53,482 bases of DNA, taken from assembly GCA_002245135.1 (NCBI GenBank), contig NGBS01000007.1, forward strand, positions 186,001-239,482, given 5' to 3'. Shown here one piece after another: positions 12,214 through 26,468 of the stretch. The stretch's first letter is position 1, and each line of letters begins with the position of its first letter. The notes below the pieces were generated by a model that did no database searches, was not told the DNA's origin, and saw only the letters and a program-made list of their open reading frames with translations. Source of the stretch: Proteromonas lacertae. Lineage: Eukaryota. A program made the translations under genes and the position numbers.

Positions 12214-14182
12214 TTAATCATCAGCAATATCAGGCAAAACATGTCTGCAAGTAGGACATTCCATCTTCACATCCATCCACTGTTCCAAACATTCATTATG
12301 AAATACGTGATTACAGGGTGTTACCATATAACAACCTCTTGTTCCATTAATTGTAGACATACATATAACACAATCAGGCAAAACATGATCACCAGATTCT
12401 AAATCATTTTGATAAAGTGTCTATATATATATAATACAAAATAATTATTTATATACATCCGGTATATCTCGATGATAATCATAAATAGGAGGTAATAGTG
12501 ATTTAGGTATGAAAAACCTTGGGCTTTTATACTCCTGTAATCTTATCACAATTAACTGGAATAATATCCATAAAACTAATAAAATGGATGGAATAATATA
12601 ATATTGATTTGAAAAAACAACTTTTCTTATATAACCAGGAGATAAGAATAAATATAATGGAATAACTAATCGAGTAAAAGTCATTCCATATAAATATAAA
12701 TCTTTCATTGTTTTTCTTCTATAATTATAATATGCAGAATGATATATTTGGAATATCCAACCAGAATAGAGGATGATAAAATATGACAAAGAAACAATGA
12801 AATATTGATATAAGAAAATTCCACAACACAAGAATATATAAAACTCTATATAAAACTTGGTTGCTTCTGTTCTAAAATCTTCCATAGAAATATCAGGAGG
12901 ATTATGAGATTTCCATATTAGTAACATATATCTTAATTCAAAAAATGTAAATAAAATAAACTTCAATAAAGCCACAATTAAGAATGTTTGTGCAACTTGC
13001 GATGACTGTAATCCAATTATAAAATGAAAAATAGAGAGAAATGAATCTAAAGCAGCTTGAATTGCCATATAATACTGTGAAATCTTTGCCATTTTAGAGA
13101 TTGTATCTGTTGATGACATTTGATTGTTTGTTATAAATAGTTCAAAACATGTGACAAATATCATAAATATTCCATAGTAATTCGCTGATGTATAAACTCT
13201 ATTGAAATCTATTGGACTTCCTTTAACCTATTTTTTAAATAAATAAAATATAATTCAATATAATATATTCTCATACTTGAAATTGATATATATTAGATGC
13301 AAATGTATTATTATTATTAATATTCATATCATAATGAATAAATTCACCATTAATCTTTATTTCTTCATTTTCATTATGTTTTGTTGTTGTTTCATTTGAA
13401 AAGTGTAATATTAGTTTGGCTTGATATAATATATTTGTATTTGGAAATTCATTGAAATCTCTGTAAAGATCAATTAATGCAGTATTATTCAACAAAGCTA
13501 TTAATATATTAATATATATTTATACTATCATAATATTTCAATAAAGGTCTGGAATATTTATAACTTGTATAGGCTATTAATTTACCTTCAGGTATTATAT
13601 AAAATCCAATCATATTGAGATATATTACATGTTTGCTATTGTTTAAAGGATTGAAGTATAATGTAACTGAAGCTAATTTGATGTAAGGGATAGAACTGTT
13701 TTTACAGTTAATCTAATAAAAATCAAATTATAAAAATAAATTCTATACTCTTGCAGCTAGTGAACCAGTTTGTTGAATATTCACTGTAGCTTGCTTATTG
13801 ATCATCATAGTTGGAATTAATCTATTAACAAATAATGTATTCAATATACTCCACTAAAGATTGAGTTTGATTTATATTCTCAACAGTTTCATACTTTCCT
13901 GCAAATGCTCCACTAATAATATCTGGAAAATTATAATTCTGAGGATAATATGATTTGAAAGACCTAGTTAAATTCTGTAATTTTTGATTGTGCATATTAA
14001 TAGGATCCTAACAATGACATAATAATTTATACTTCATAAATATAAAAATTCTGTGGAGTTTTCTTCGAACGTCTCAAAAGAAATAGATTTGCACATACAA
14101 CAACAATTATTAAAAATGATATCAACCTCTGTGTAGATGAGTTGTTATCTACATCTTGGTTATCTTCCTGCTGTTGATGCAT
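12214..14182 (-). CDS. Multi-pass transmembrane RING-H2 E3 ubiquitin ligase, Tul1/Dsc1/FLY-like
   Basis: ATG 14182, N-terminal hydrophobic segment, lumenal domain, several TM helices ending in PRFFIPKSLLPPIYDYHR. C-terminal DCVICMSTI...YMVTPCNHVFHNECLEQWMDVKMECPTCRHVLP, TAA 12214. About six short GT-AG introns. Confidence 0.88.
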
Positions 14183-14293
14183 AATCAGAATCACCAATTA
14201 TAAAAAGCGAAACAATTAGGTTTTGGTAAAGATATTTTCATAAACCTAATTCGGAAATACACTTTCATTTTGGTATTTCATTTTAACAAGGTA

Positions 14294-15401
14294 ATGCCTC
14301 ATGTAAGACAAATAAATTACCTATTTTCAGCAGGTGCAGTATGTACAGCTGGATATTTACTACATAAATACGCAAAAATAGAGTATTTCTAAACAATATT
14401 ACTGTTAGAACATTTGCATCAAGTAAAATCCAATCATTTGTATAGATTAATCATTTTAACTTTATTAGTCAAAAAGTGCTGAAGTTCATTATAATACATT
14501 GAAAAGTTACGGCTTTCCATCCAATGAAAACATTAGAGCATATTCATCGTATAATATAAAACAGTATCAAACAACAGGTTTGTCACATCACTAAATTTTG
14601 CAACTAGAAATCCATATTGGGTTGGAGAAGTGTTAGAGAAAAGAACAAAAACTGATGATAGAGATAGAAATCAATGTCAATTTAAAGAAGATATTTCAAT
14701 AGATCCACTATTCAGAGTTTATCCAAAGATTTACTCTAATTCTGGTTATGATAGAGGGCATATGGCTCCAGCAGCTGATAGCATAACACAATCATCAATG
14801 TGTGAATCATTTACAATGGGTAATATTTGTCCACAAGTATAATATCATATAATAGTGTTAATTATTATAGAATCCTGATTTGAATAGAAATTATTGGAGT
14901 AGACTTGAATCAATGATTAGAAAGATGTCACATGTCTTTGATAGAATGTATATATATATAAATAATATTATTAAATAATATTATATATTGATTTTTAGGG
15001 TAGTATTTACAGGTCCACTTTATTTACCCAATAAATTTGAAAATAATAAAAAATATGTATGTTATGAAGTGTTAAATACAAATCCTCCTGTTGCAGTTCC
15101 AACCCATTTCTTTAAGATTATATTATGTGAATTGAAGAGTAGTGAGAATAATAAAGTTGAAAGAGTATTAGCATCATATATTATACCAAATACTGCAATA
15201 CCAGCTAAAACACCTCTTCGTATTTTAATTTGTCATTGTTTTTGAATAGATACATTTGCAGTTCCTCTTGCAAAGGTAGAAGAAGCTTCTGGATTTATTT
15301 TTTTCCCAAATTTAGTTAAAGCAAAAATAATTGATCCAAATGTTATGCCCATTGAAAGGCAACTTCCACCACCATATAGCCCATCACCAAACAAAAAGTA
15401 A
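14294..15401 (+). CDS. ENDOG: Mitochondrial-type endonuclease G / Nuc1 (DNA/RNA non-specific endonuclease)
   Basis: Spliced product (6 introns) has YGFPS...RNPYWVGE, the catalytic motif SGYDRGHMAPAAD, NICPQ|NPDLNRNYWSRLE, FTGPLYLP, VAVPTHFFKI and VEEASGFIFF; TAA at 15399-15401. Confidence 0.93.
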
Positions 15402-15646
15402 TAAAAATGTTAATAACATTAATTGTTTGTGATTTATTCTGATTTCTTATTTTTCTGTTATTCAGTATATAAACAAATATACTTTTATTAAAAACAAAGA
15501 ATTGCATAATCTTTTTGAGAGAAGAGGTATAGTTAGCAAAATAAATAGATAGAAGAGTAAAAAAGCTGTAAAACTCTTGAATACATACTAACATTGTATA
15601 GTGTATTTGAAATTGTGTCTCAAAAATTTAAAAATCTAAAACAGCA

Positions 15647-18250
15647 ATGGGCAACAGTTGTTTATTTTTTATAACTGTTTTATTATGCTTATGTTGTGCT
15701 CAGCCAGATGTTAAAGTAGATTGGAAGAGTTTTATCGGTAAATCTGATCCAATTTGGTTATTTGAAGCTGCAGATAAGTCAACTTGGTATAAAAAGTGGT
15801 ATGATGCTCCATTTGTGGGTAATGGTAATCTTGGAATCTTGACTTATTTGAATAATTCTAATACTCCTGTAATGAGAATAGATATTGGTCGAGCTGATGT
15901 GTGGGATCATCGAATGAAAGGTACTCCTTTAGCAACAGGTAATCCGTATAAATAGCGTTTAATTGTATTTTATTTTCTAAATAGTGAAGTTGATCGTTTT
16001 CGTTTAGCTGTAGGTTATTTCTATATACGTACAAATGGTGATCTTATATCAGGTAATGCTAGAATCAATCTATATGATGCTCAAATTGAAGGTTATTTAA
16101 AAACAACAAAAGGTGAAATATGGTATAAAATATTTACTGATTCTTTACATCATGTATTTGTAATTGATATGCAAAGTAGTGGTGAAGAAAAAGAAGTAAT
16201 AATTGAATATCATCCTCGAAAAGATCATTTACCAAGAGGAGTTAGTGATTATAAATTTAATCCAGATGCAGTATGTAAAGATGAAATAAGAAATGGTAGA
16301 TATTTCTATTATTGTGAAAAAGTGATGTTAGCTGGAGGAGATTTTGCGATGGTAGTGACGAATATAACACATAATGAACATCACATTACTCATTATGTAA
16401 CAATTGATAATCAAGTAACCTGGAATGTAATAAGAGAAATGAATGCAATAGATGGAGGAATAAAGATTTTAGAAGATTATTTGAGCAATGATGTAGATAA
16501 AGAATATGAAGCTCATAAACAGTGGTGGCATGATTATTACAAGAAATCCTTTATCTCAATTCCACATAAACAAACCGAAAGTTTTTGGTGGATTCAAATG
16601 TATAAAGTTGGATCAGCCACAAGATGTCAAAGTGAAGATAATTGTTGGGCTTATGATTTGATTGGTCCTTGGTATACTGAAGTATATTGGAGTGACTATC
16701 ACATGGATTTAAATGTAGAAATGGCAGCATGGCCTTTATGGGAAGCTAATCATGCTGATCAATTTATTTCCTTTTTAAGATTTATGGATAAAAATAAAGA
16801 TGCAATTACTGAAAGTGTAGAACCAAAATTTAGGAATGATTCTGGTGCTTTAGGTACTGAATTAGGTTGGGATTGGAAATTAGATAGTAAATCATGGGGA
16901 ACAGCAGGTGAAATAGTCAAACCACAGGCTTGGGTAATAACAGGTAACTTGAATTGGGTTTGTCAAACATTATGGTTACATTATCAATATACTCATAATG
17001 AAACATTATTAAAAGATGTTTTATATCCTACATTAAGAAGAGCGACTAATTTCTATTATCATTATTTAGCAAAAGATGAAGAAGGCAAATATCATTTTCC
17101 ATCTACATATAGTCCTGAATATACAAGTTGTGAAGATACGAATTGGGATTTATCAATAATCAAATGGAGTTGTACTTATATGTTGAAAATAATAGAAATA
17201 TTAAAAGTTAAAGATGGTGAAATGATAGGAAGATGTAATGATATATTGAAGAATTTAACTCCATATCCTGAAGATGAAAAAGAAGGATATTTAATTGGAA
17301 AGAACACTAGATTATCAAGTGGACATAGACATTGGAGTCATATATTTATGGTATATCCATTCAAACTACAAACATATACAGCTAATCCAGAATTAGCAGA
17401 AGTAATGACTAAAACAATTGATCATTGGGCTAGTTTTGGAGTAACTGATATTGGATTTAGTATAGTAATGGCTTCTGTATTTTATCAATTAATACCTGGT
17501 CGAGATGAATTAGCTTGGAGTACTTTACAAGAAGCATGGAAATGTCATCGAGTTGGTTTAGCTACATTCTACTGGGAAGCAAGTGAATCTCCAGTGAATG
17601 AATCTCCATTTGGAATGGCTTTTGCTTTACAATATATGCTATTAAGATCCGATGAAGGATATGTTCATATATTCCCAACAAGACCAAAAGCAATTGAAAA
17701 TTCAACGTTCTATCAATTACAAGCTGAAGGTGGATTTAGTGTCTCTGGTCATTTACAATTAGGTGAAACTGCTTGGATTAGTATAAGGTCGTTATTTGGT
17801 TCAAAATTGCAGATTAGAGTAGATGATTTAAGTAGTGGATTTGATTATGAACCATCTTCAATCAAAGTAACTCATATTAAAAATGGATATTATGATATTG
17901 AATTATCTAAAGATGAAACAATCTCAATATATCCTAAAGGAACAACTCCAAAGTTTGAAATCGATGAAATAGAAGGAGATGAAAAGACATATCATTCATG
18001 GGGAACAAAGAATAAACCTTATCCAATTCCTGAACCACCATCTCCTCCAATTGATAAAAACAGTGATTATAAAACTGATCAACCAGAAGATCCAACAGAT
18101 GAACCGAAGAAAACAAATACTGATTTACCAATTATTATAGGAAGTGGAATAGTAATTGCTATGTTAGTAGTGTTGTTTGGAATTCTTTCTTATAAATATT
18201 ATAAGAATTATAAAAATGATAATGATAAAACTGAATATGAACAAATATAA
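15647..18250 (+). CDS. GH95-like glycoside hydrolase (alpha-L-fucosidase family) with signal peptide and C-terminal TM anchor
   Basis: Signal peptide MGNSCLFFITVLLCLCCA. APFVGNGNLG and GRADVWD in the N-terminal domain; single intron 15946-15984; YHMDLNVEMAAWP, PSTYSPEY, GHRHWSHIF and LQYMLL...FYQLQAEGGFSVSG; Pro-rich stalk; TM IIIGSGIVIAMLVVLFGILSY. Confidence 0.85.
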
Positions 18251-18397
18251 GGAATATTTCTCCATCGATTGTTATTATTATTTTTGTTTATTCTGAGTTT
18301 TATGAAATAGAAAAAAAAATTAAAAAGAATTATTAAATTATTATTATTAGATTAATTTCTTATTTAAATTAAATTCTTATAAATGATTTCTTTCTAT

Positions 18398-21300
18398 CTA
18401 ATTCTTTTTAGATATATAAGAAGTTAACACACTTCTAATAACTGCATAAAACATAATAGCAAATGGTTGCTGAATTAAAACATCCAAACAATAAGACACA
18501 ACAACTGTATATAACCATGTAATAATCTGTCTAAAACTAAATTTAATTCCATAAATAATACTGAGTAATAACATTAGCATTACATATAACACTAATGCAA
18601 CATCAATTAAGATCGAAATCTTTGATCTTGTATCAAATGTCTTCTTGTAAAACTGAGATTCTTTACATCTTCTCTTCTTCTTCTTTGAAATTACATATTT
18701 CAAATACACATGAATATCACTGATTGCTTTTGTTTGAGCTGTATTAAATACATCCACATTAATAACTCCAACACCTACAGCTGCAATGGAACTAAATTTG
18801 TAACACAATATTCTTATAATAAAGTATAATTTCATCAAAATCATTATTACTGAAATAAATAAAAACATCATCCACAATGGTGCATATTTTATAAATATAT
18901 TGTGTATTTCTTGTTTACATGGAACTGCATATGCACTACATGTTTTTGTAGTAAATTCAAATACATCTGAATATCCACAACAATGTAAACTATGTTCGAT
19001 ATATGAAATAATGTCATTGAATATGTCACTTTTATAAAACAATTTCCATATCCATTTCATCATATTTATATCACTTTTCACAATCAATTCTTCAAAATAA
19101 GTAAATAATAAGAATCCATAAAACGCCAATTCAACAACATTACACATTAGGTCATAAATATAATACATGAAGTTTATCCAAGTAGTACAGTAAAATGTAA
19201 ATGTAGATTCTAATAACAAAACTAATCCTGTAATATAAATAAATAAAAATGGTGGACCTAAAGGGAATATTATCATAAATACAACGAAAAACACATAATT
19301 GAATATCAAAAACAAGATAGTTGTTGAATATAAGTACACTTTCAAGTTAAAGAATGGATTCTTATCATTACTCAACACGACATTACTTCTATTATTCATA
19401 CCATCATTACCAATTGTAATAAACAATGGATTTGTGCTTGTATCAACTGTATCATTGACACTATTATTCAACTCATTTTCTATTTCATTATAATTATTGA
19501 ACTTGTAAATATTCCACACTCTTTTAATAGTTAACCATAAAGTGGATGTTGGTGTATTAATGGGTTTAACTGATGATGTAGTATAATTTCTATACTTGTT
19601 ATATATATATGGAAGTATTATATTCAATGGAAATACAATAATTGCACATAATAATGTGACAGTTGTAACATTTTCCATACGATTAAAATCTCCATAGAAT
19701 AAAGCTGCAAAACAAAATATTGAATATACTTCAGCTATTATACATAATACATGTTGAAATCTATTGATTGTAACTAAATGTCTTACTCCTTTACATATTG
19801 GAGAAAGTATGGAGTGATGGATTTTCATTTTCTTTATTATTCTTATACACATATTCTCTTGATTATTATTTGATTTAATTTCATCATTTGTATACATATC
19901 TAATCTTCCATTTTCTTTGATTCTATTTGTGGATATAAGTTCAATATCATCTATTTCTTCATTATCTTTCTTATGAGCACAATATAAGAATGATAAGAAT
20001 ATAATTAGTGTTATTACATAGGGAAGTAACATGAGGAAGTTATATTTATCATAAAAAGCTTCTAAGCCAGAAAATTGAACTGGTAATTGTGAATTAACAC
20101 TTCCTTTACCTTTACCTTTACTAAATACAAAATCTGCTTGACTATAGGATATACAAATAGCATATTCAGTGTTATCCTTATCTTCATCAACAATACCAAC
20201 TAATGAAGTTTTTTGAGAAGATAATTCATTATACTCATTGAAATATGAACAAGAGATTGACTCTTTATCACTATTTCTACTTAATCTTTGTTTGTAAGAT
20301 ATCTTATTATCATTATTATTCTTTGATGTTACTGACATATGACGATTATTATTCATATTATCATTCAATACTATTGTCAATACACTGGAGTACAAATCCT
20401 TTTGATTGTAAAAGTATAAATCATTCCAATAGATTACTAATACTTCAGTCTCTTTTGTGAGATCTAATCCACCATCAATATCAATCGTATTTTCACTTAA
20501 TCCAATTGAATTATGAAGATCACCATTGTAACTAACATCTGCTTTTGATAAAGATATACTAATTGCATTTGTACTTATTGTTACTTCTTTACTATGCTGT
20601 TGATTATAATGTAAATGTGATATGTCAATGAAATATTGTTTTAATTGTCTACCAATCTTATATTGCTGTTGTTGATTTGTATTGTTCTTTTTTACATTAA
20701 CATTATACCATTCATTATCAATTACATTGGATGCAATGTCTGTAAGTGATTCAAACATATTGAAAGGTATATTGTCATATTTCTTATTCTTCATATCCAC
20801 CAATTGTTTCTTTATAACATCAAATAAATCATTAACACTCTCTTCATCTATATCTTGAATATAATCATTACTTAACAAATTGTAGATGATTTGTTGCTGT
20901 TGATAATATGAATTAACAGATTCATGAACTTTATCAATTATATCTTTTATAATTTCATTCACAATGTATTTATTTCTTATTATTATATCATTATATTCAC
21001 TAGTAGAATATTGGCATTGTCTACCATTATATCCATCATTACATTTACACCAACTATGACAATTTGGCTCAAATTCACCACAGTTATCTCTATTTCTATA
21101 ACAAGTACCTCTATTACTACAAATATTACCAACTATTTGTCCTTTTTCATCAATCAATTGACCTGGACAGAGTTTTATTGGCTCTTTACATAATATATAA
21201 CATTTCTGTATATCAATTACTTTTTGATTCTCACATTGATCTTTTGAACCAATACATCTTCTACTTCTAAATTGATATCCATAACTTCTTTTACCATTAT

Positions 21301-24300
21301 AAATACTACAATATGAATCACATTCACTCCATCCACTCCATTCAGTAAATGTGGCATTAATATTATTATTATCACATGGATCTAATAATTTAGTTTCAGT
21401 TTCTACAACTGTTTCACATTTTTTACCTCCATATTGTGGTTTTGGATTATCACATTTTCTCCATTTATATCTCATTACTAAACCACAATTATTACTCCAA
21501 CTTGAGTATGTATAATTACTACTTAATCCTCCATCTATTGAAATATGTTTCTCACATAATACTCCTGTATAATCTTCCTCGCATATACATGTACCATTTC
21601 TTAAAACACCATTTTTGGAACAATTAATTGTTGAATTTACTGGAGATGATATTTGCATTGATAGACTCAAAGCAACATTCATTAATTCATCATAGTTTTG
21701 ATTATTCTTCAGTTCTGTTACTTTGTTCTTTATATTATCAAAATCATAGTTTGGATTGACTTTTACTTTAAAAACATCACCTTTCACATCATAATATGAA
21801 TATGCAACTTGATTATATCTATCTTTCACAAATGCAATAATAGTAACGTTATAATCATATTGTTTCAATCCAGTTGCTAATGATCCATAATAGTAATTCT
21901 TATTACTATATTCTGATTGTAAATATATTACATCATTATTATTCTCTTCTTCTCCTTTTTCTCTACTTTCTACTCCTTTTAATATAACAGCAAATCTATA
22001 ACTAAATGGTTCAGATCCTTTCCATCCTGCTGTTGATAAGTATATATTTTCACCAAATGTAGTTTCAGTAGTTGGACTTTGTATATAACCGTATGTTGGT
22101 ATTGGAGATATTATATAAAATGGATAATATTGAGATGTGTACAACAACTTATCTTCACTAAAAAATATTGTTAATTGTATTAAATGTAAAGGTATTCTTA
22201 GATTCATTTCTTTACAGTTGAAATAAGCTAAATATGTATCATTACTACCGATTAAAGTGTGTATTTTATCATCATTTAAATACTTCCATTCAAATGAAAT
22301 GCTCTGTCTATTCAGAATATTTAACTGCGATTCTAATTTTATTATTTCATTTTGTCCATATGCTGATGGATTTATATAATTTGTACCAACTGAAGAGTGG
22401 TAAACGCTATCAATTACATTGATTACAACATCATCGTAATGTATTATACTAATGGCAATCATCATCTTTGCTGTTCTAAATGTTGTTAAACCTGTTACTT
22501 CTATTGTAAATATATATTCACATTCTAACAATCTACTACTATCAATCAATAAAATATCTTTTGTATTTTCTAAAAATAATGGTATAGTATTAAACCAATC
22601 TCTTTCTCTACATTCTTCAAATGTACTTGTAACACAAGACCATTTGTAGATAAAATTATTATTATCATAATTACCTTCATCAATAACAGTTATATTGATT
22701 TTTATTGATCTTCTTACACCTTGTATTAGTGACTGTTTTATATTACTTTTTATTTTTAATGATGAAGTACGAATGTGAAAATTCATATATAAATTAACTG
22801 ATGTTGTATTCGAGGCTATAATTGTATCATTTTCCAATACTATTGTTTCTAATGTAACAATATATTTTCCAGCTTTTAAACCATTTGGTCTAATGTATAA
22901 CTTTGTTGGATCATTTGTTAAGAATGATGTAATTTCCAATCTATTTAGAGACACTGTCTCTAAACTCCAATTATATTTCACATTTATAAAGCTGTCATTA
23001 TTACATGTTTTATATATCAGCTTACCTTTGATATATCTTTCTTCATTTTCTCTAATGTAAATATTATTACTATTATCATCACTTTCTATAACTGGCAAAA
23101 TTACACAATCTACAACAGTCAAATAAACACCATTTGTTGCTATATAAGAACTTTCACGTAGAACAGTAGTAACTGAAACCCTAAATTCATATGAATAATT
23201 GGTAGTTAAAAAAAGTGAAGGTATTTTCATCAAACTATCTGTCTGTTGAGCTACATATAAAGCTAAATCATTATTTGTACTAACACTATTATTATCATCA
23301 TCATATTCAATTACACTCCATTTATAATCAAGCAATTTATTATTGGCTTTATCATTCATTAAACTAGCACTTGCATCTAATATAACATCTTGACATTTTG
23401 TGATTTGACTGGATGGTGGATATACATTAATCATTGCTGCGATAGTTGGTACAGGACCATGCGGCATAACTGTAACACAACCAGACATGTATAATATACT
23501 ATCTTTAGTTGGTTTTATTACATTATCAATCAATGTCAAACCTTTATCACCTACACATTGTGGATTTGTACTTGGTTGGATTAATTCTGAATCTAATGAC
23601 AACTCAACAACAATATGTCTATTCATTCTATCTAAATAGCAATGGGAACTTTTTAATTTATCTTTTTCTTTGAATATCTCTGAACATTTTCTTCCATTTA
23701 TATCTAATCCATATCCTATTTCACAATTTGCAGCAGAATCATCGTATGGTATGTAGATTATTGAATAGTCTTCATTATAATATCCTTGAATGAGTTTTGG
23801 TGGAATTTTCCTAAGTTGCATTTCCACACTTCCTTCAGTATAATAAAAACCAGTCTTACTTCCAAATATTTTATTACGGTTTAACTGTCAGTTGATGAAA
23901 TTGATTATTTGCTGTATAATTGAATTTATCATAGTATAGAATAATTTCTCTACCATTTAACCATCTACATGAATCAGCTTCTACAGAACTTGACACTGTG
24001 ACAAGATCAGCACAATCAAATCTTTCATATAGAGTTATATTTTCATTCTTTAAATAACATTCTCTATCAAATGTAATGGTTATTGAATTTTCATTATCAT
24101 TCTCTATTGCTGAAACTAATATTGGTGCTGATGTTTTATCATTATTAAGTGTTTGTATTGTGAATGTTAGTGTATCAAATACATCATATGCAGGATCATC
24201 AGTTGTGATATAATGGTAAATTGTACAATTTCCTTCACTTCTATTGGCTAATGGAGTTACTTCGATATTTAAGGAGTTTTGATCAGCCAGCTAGTGTACC

Positions 24301-24843
24301 TTCTTCTGGATATATTCTATATGACTCAGGACACGTATTATTTATTGAGATGTAGATATTAGATGAAGGATATGTAGTAGTAACTAATGAATATATCTGT
24401 TTTATAGACTCTTTAAGGAAAAATGTCAGTTCTGTTTGGTAAAAATACAAATCTGGTTTTTTAGTAGGGATAAAATAGAATGTATAAGAAAGATGTTGAT
24501 CTATTGTACCATCTCTTGATTTGAAGTATAAATCTACAGGTACATTTAACATTTCATTTTTTAGCTTGTACTAATAATTTAAATTCTACATAATAAGCTT
24601 GATCATTTGTAATTACTAAAGAAGAAGGGTCAGCAACAACTCTATTATCTCCAGTTATGACTAAATCTACAGTTGTATTAACATCATCTCTTAACTCTAT
24701 AACTAAATTCTGTATTTTGTCATCTAGTGTCAACTCTGTTCCTAAACTTACAAACATGTCTTGACATATACACAGAGATACTACAATATATTATTTCGAT
24801 TATATATACTTAGCTCTATTAGAAAAATTAAAAAACGAATCAT
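18398..24843 (-). CDS. Polycystin-1/REJ-like multi-pass receptor: signal peptide, REJ-like region, EGF, 2x TSP1, EGF, degenerate GPS, TM region with embedded tetraspanin-like module
   Basis: ATG 24843 (MIRFLIFLIEL|ISLCIC, 29-nt intron). REJ-like VILDASAS...YKWS, YKWSC and EPFSYRF; EGF CSKNGVLRNGTCICEEDYTGVLC; TSP1 TEWSGWSECDSYC...FRSRRC; many TM helices. Three +1 frameshifts (~24560, ~24287, ~23878) separate the 5' part from the 1809-aa ORF. Confidence 0.8.
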
Positions 24844-25289
24844 CTCAAAATCAAAAAAACAACCGTTATATCAGTTGGGGGATTTTTTCATTCCACTCTT
24901 CATTCAACTTCACTTTAAGGAAAATATCATTTCAGTTAGTAATCCTATATTTAATATATATTAATTTAGTTATAATTATATTGAGGTTAATAAAAGGATA
25001 TATACCACAAAGTAAAATTATTCATGTTTATATTTACACAAAAAAGAAATTGATTTACATTAATTAAATAGTAATAATTCTAAAACGATAATTAATAAAT
25101 CCATATATTATGATCAAAAGCTACTTTGGAAAATGGGTAATAAAAGAGTATTATTATAGAAGCTAACTCATTGTTTTACATAAAAGAAAAAGTAATATCG
25201 AATATTGATGAGATAATAGGTAATTTTGGTATTTATGCTTTGAATGTTATTAAATAACTCATAAACATAAAAAAATACAAAAATTATTA

Positions 25290-26436
25290 CTATTTCTCTT
25301 CATAGATTGAAGCATCAAACAAATAAGTACCAAATACTCTTTTGTTTTTCTCATTATAGCTTTTACATAGCGATCTATACTCCAAATCAAGTTTACTTAT
25401 CCTTTCATTACTATACTGCATCTCTAAAATAAATAATATAATATAATCTATACGTCTATAAATAGCTGAATAATTACTGTCTTTATAGTCAATTTTATCA
25501 TTCTTAGAAAACCTCATCATCATATTGACCAATGCATTAGTCGACAATTTATAATTATAAAAAAATCTATCTATCTTATAACTGTCATCATATTCGATAT
25601 TATTACTATATAAACATGCAGTTTATTATATCATTAACTCTATTTTGTAAATTCATTACTATTAAATTCTTAAGGTTAGAGTTGTAATTATCAATCATTT
25701 CTGTCTCTCTATGAATTCTTTGCAGTATTTCTTCCCTTTTGTCTATATTATAAAATGCATTCATTTCTTTTGTGAATGAATTTTGATTGTTTGAATCTTT
25801 AGTTGAAACATAATAAAGAGATTCAATGAATGGAATGATTAGATTTTTATCTGTTTGAAAGATTGTTGGCGTTATTTCAAATGATGTTGTAAATCATATA
25901 ACTTACTAACTTTGCATCATTCTTTTCATCCCAAAACTCATAATGTTTCAATAACTTTAAATATTCAACATTCTTATAAAATTTACCAAACTATATAATA
26001 AAAATAAAAATGAAGTATAATATTATACATAATATATTTTCAATAATGAATTAAGTGTTTTATTATCTATTGCTTTAGATAAATCATTATCAACTTCTTC
26101 ACTTAAAATATGTTTCATAAATGTAATTATAAATGAATTTAAAGTGTCTATATTTATTTTACTCAAAACTTTAGATTTCAATAAAGTTGTTCCAATATTC
26201 CATGATGAATAATCACCTTCTGGAAATCCATGAATATTGAAATATTTAATTATTAATCTCAATTCCTTTCTTCCAACCATTAGTAATTCATTATCAACAA
26301 CTTCTTCATCCACTTCTTCTTCAATGTAATCTAGTTTTTTCTTATGACTTTTCTTTTTATTTGAATCTTTTGAAGACTTTGTTTTATGTTCATCACCTGA
26401 TACAATCATCTTGATTTTACCAATTGAATCATTTTC

Positions 26437-26468
<32 letters not shown>

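Noticed and set aside
23870..24565. Stop-codon reassignment (TGA/TAA read-through)
   Set aside because: Coding continues in a different frame after each stop, not the same one. Multi-kb ORFs contain no in-frame stops and Trp is encoded by TGG.
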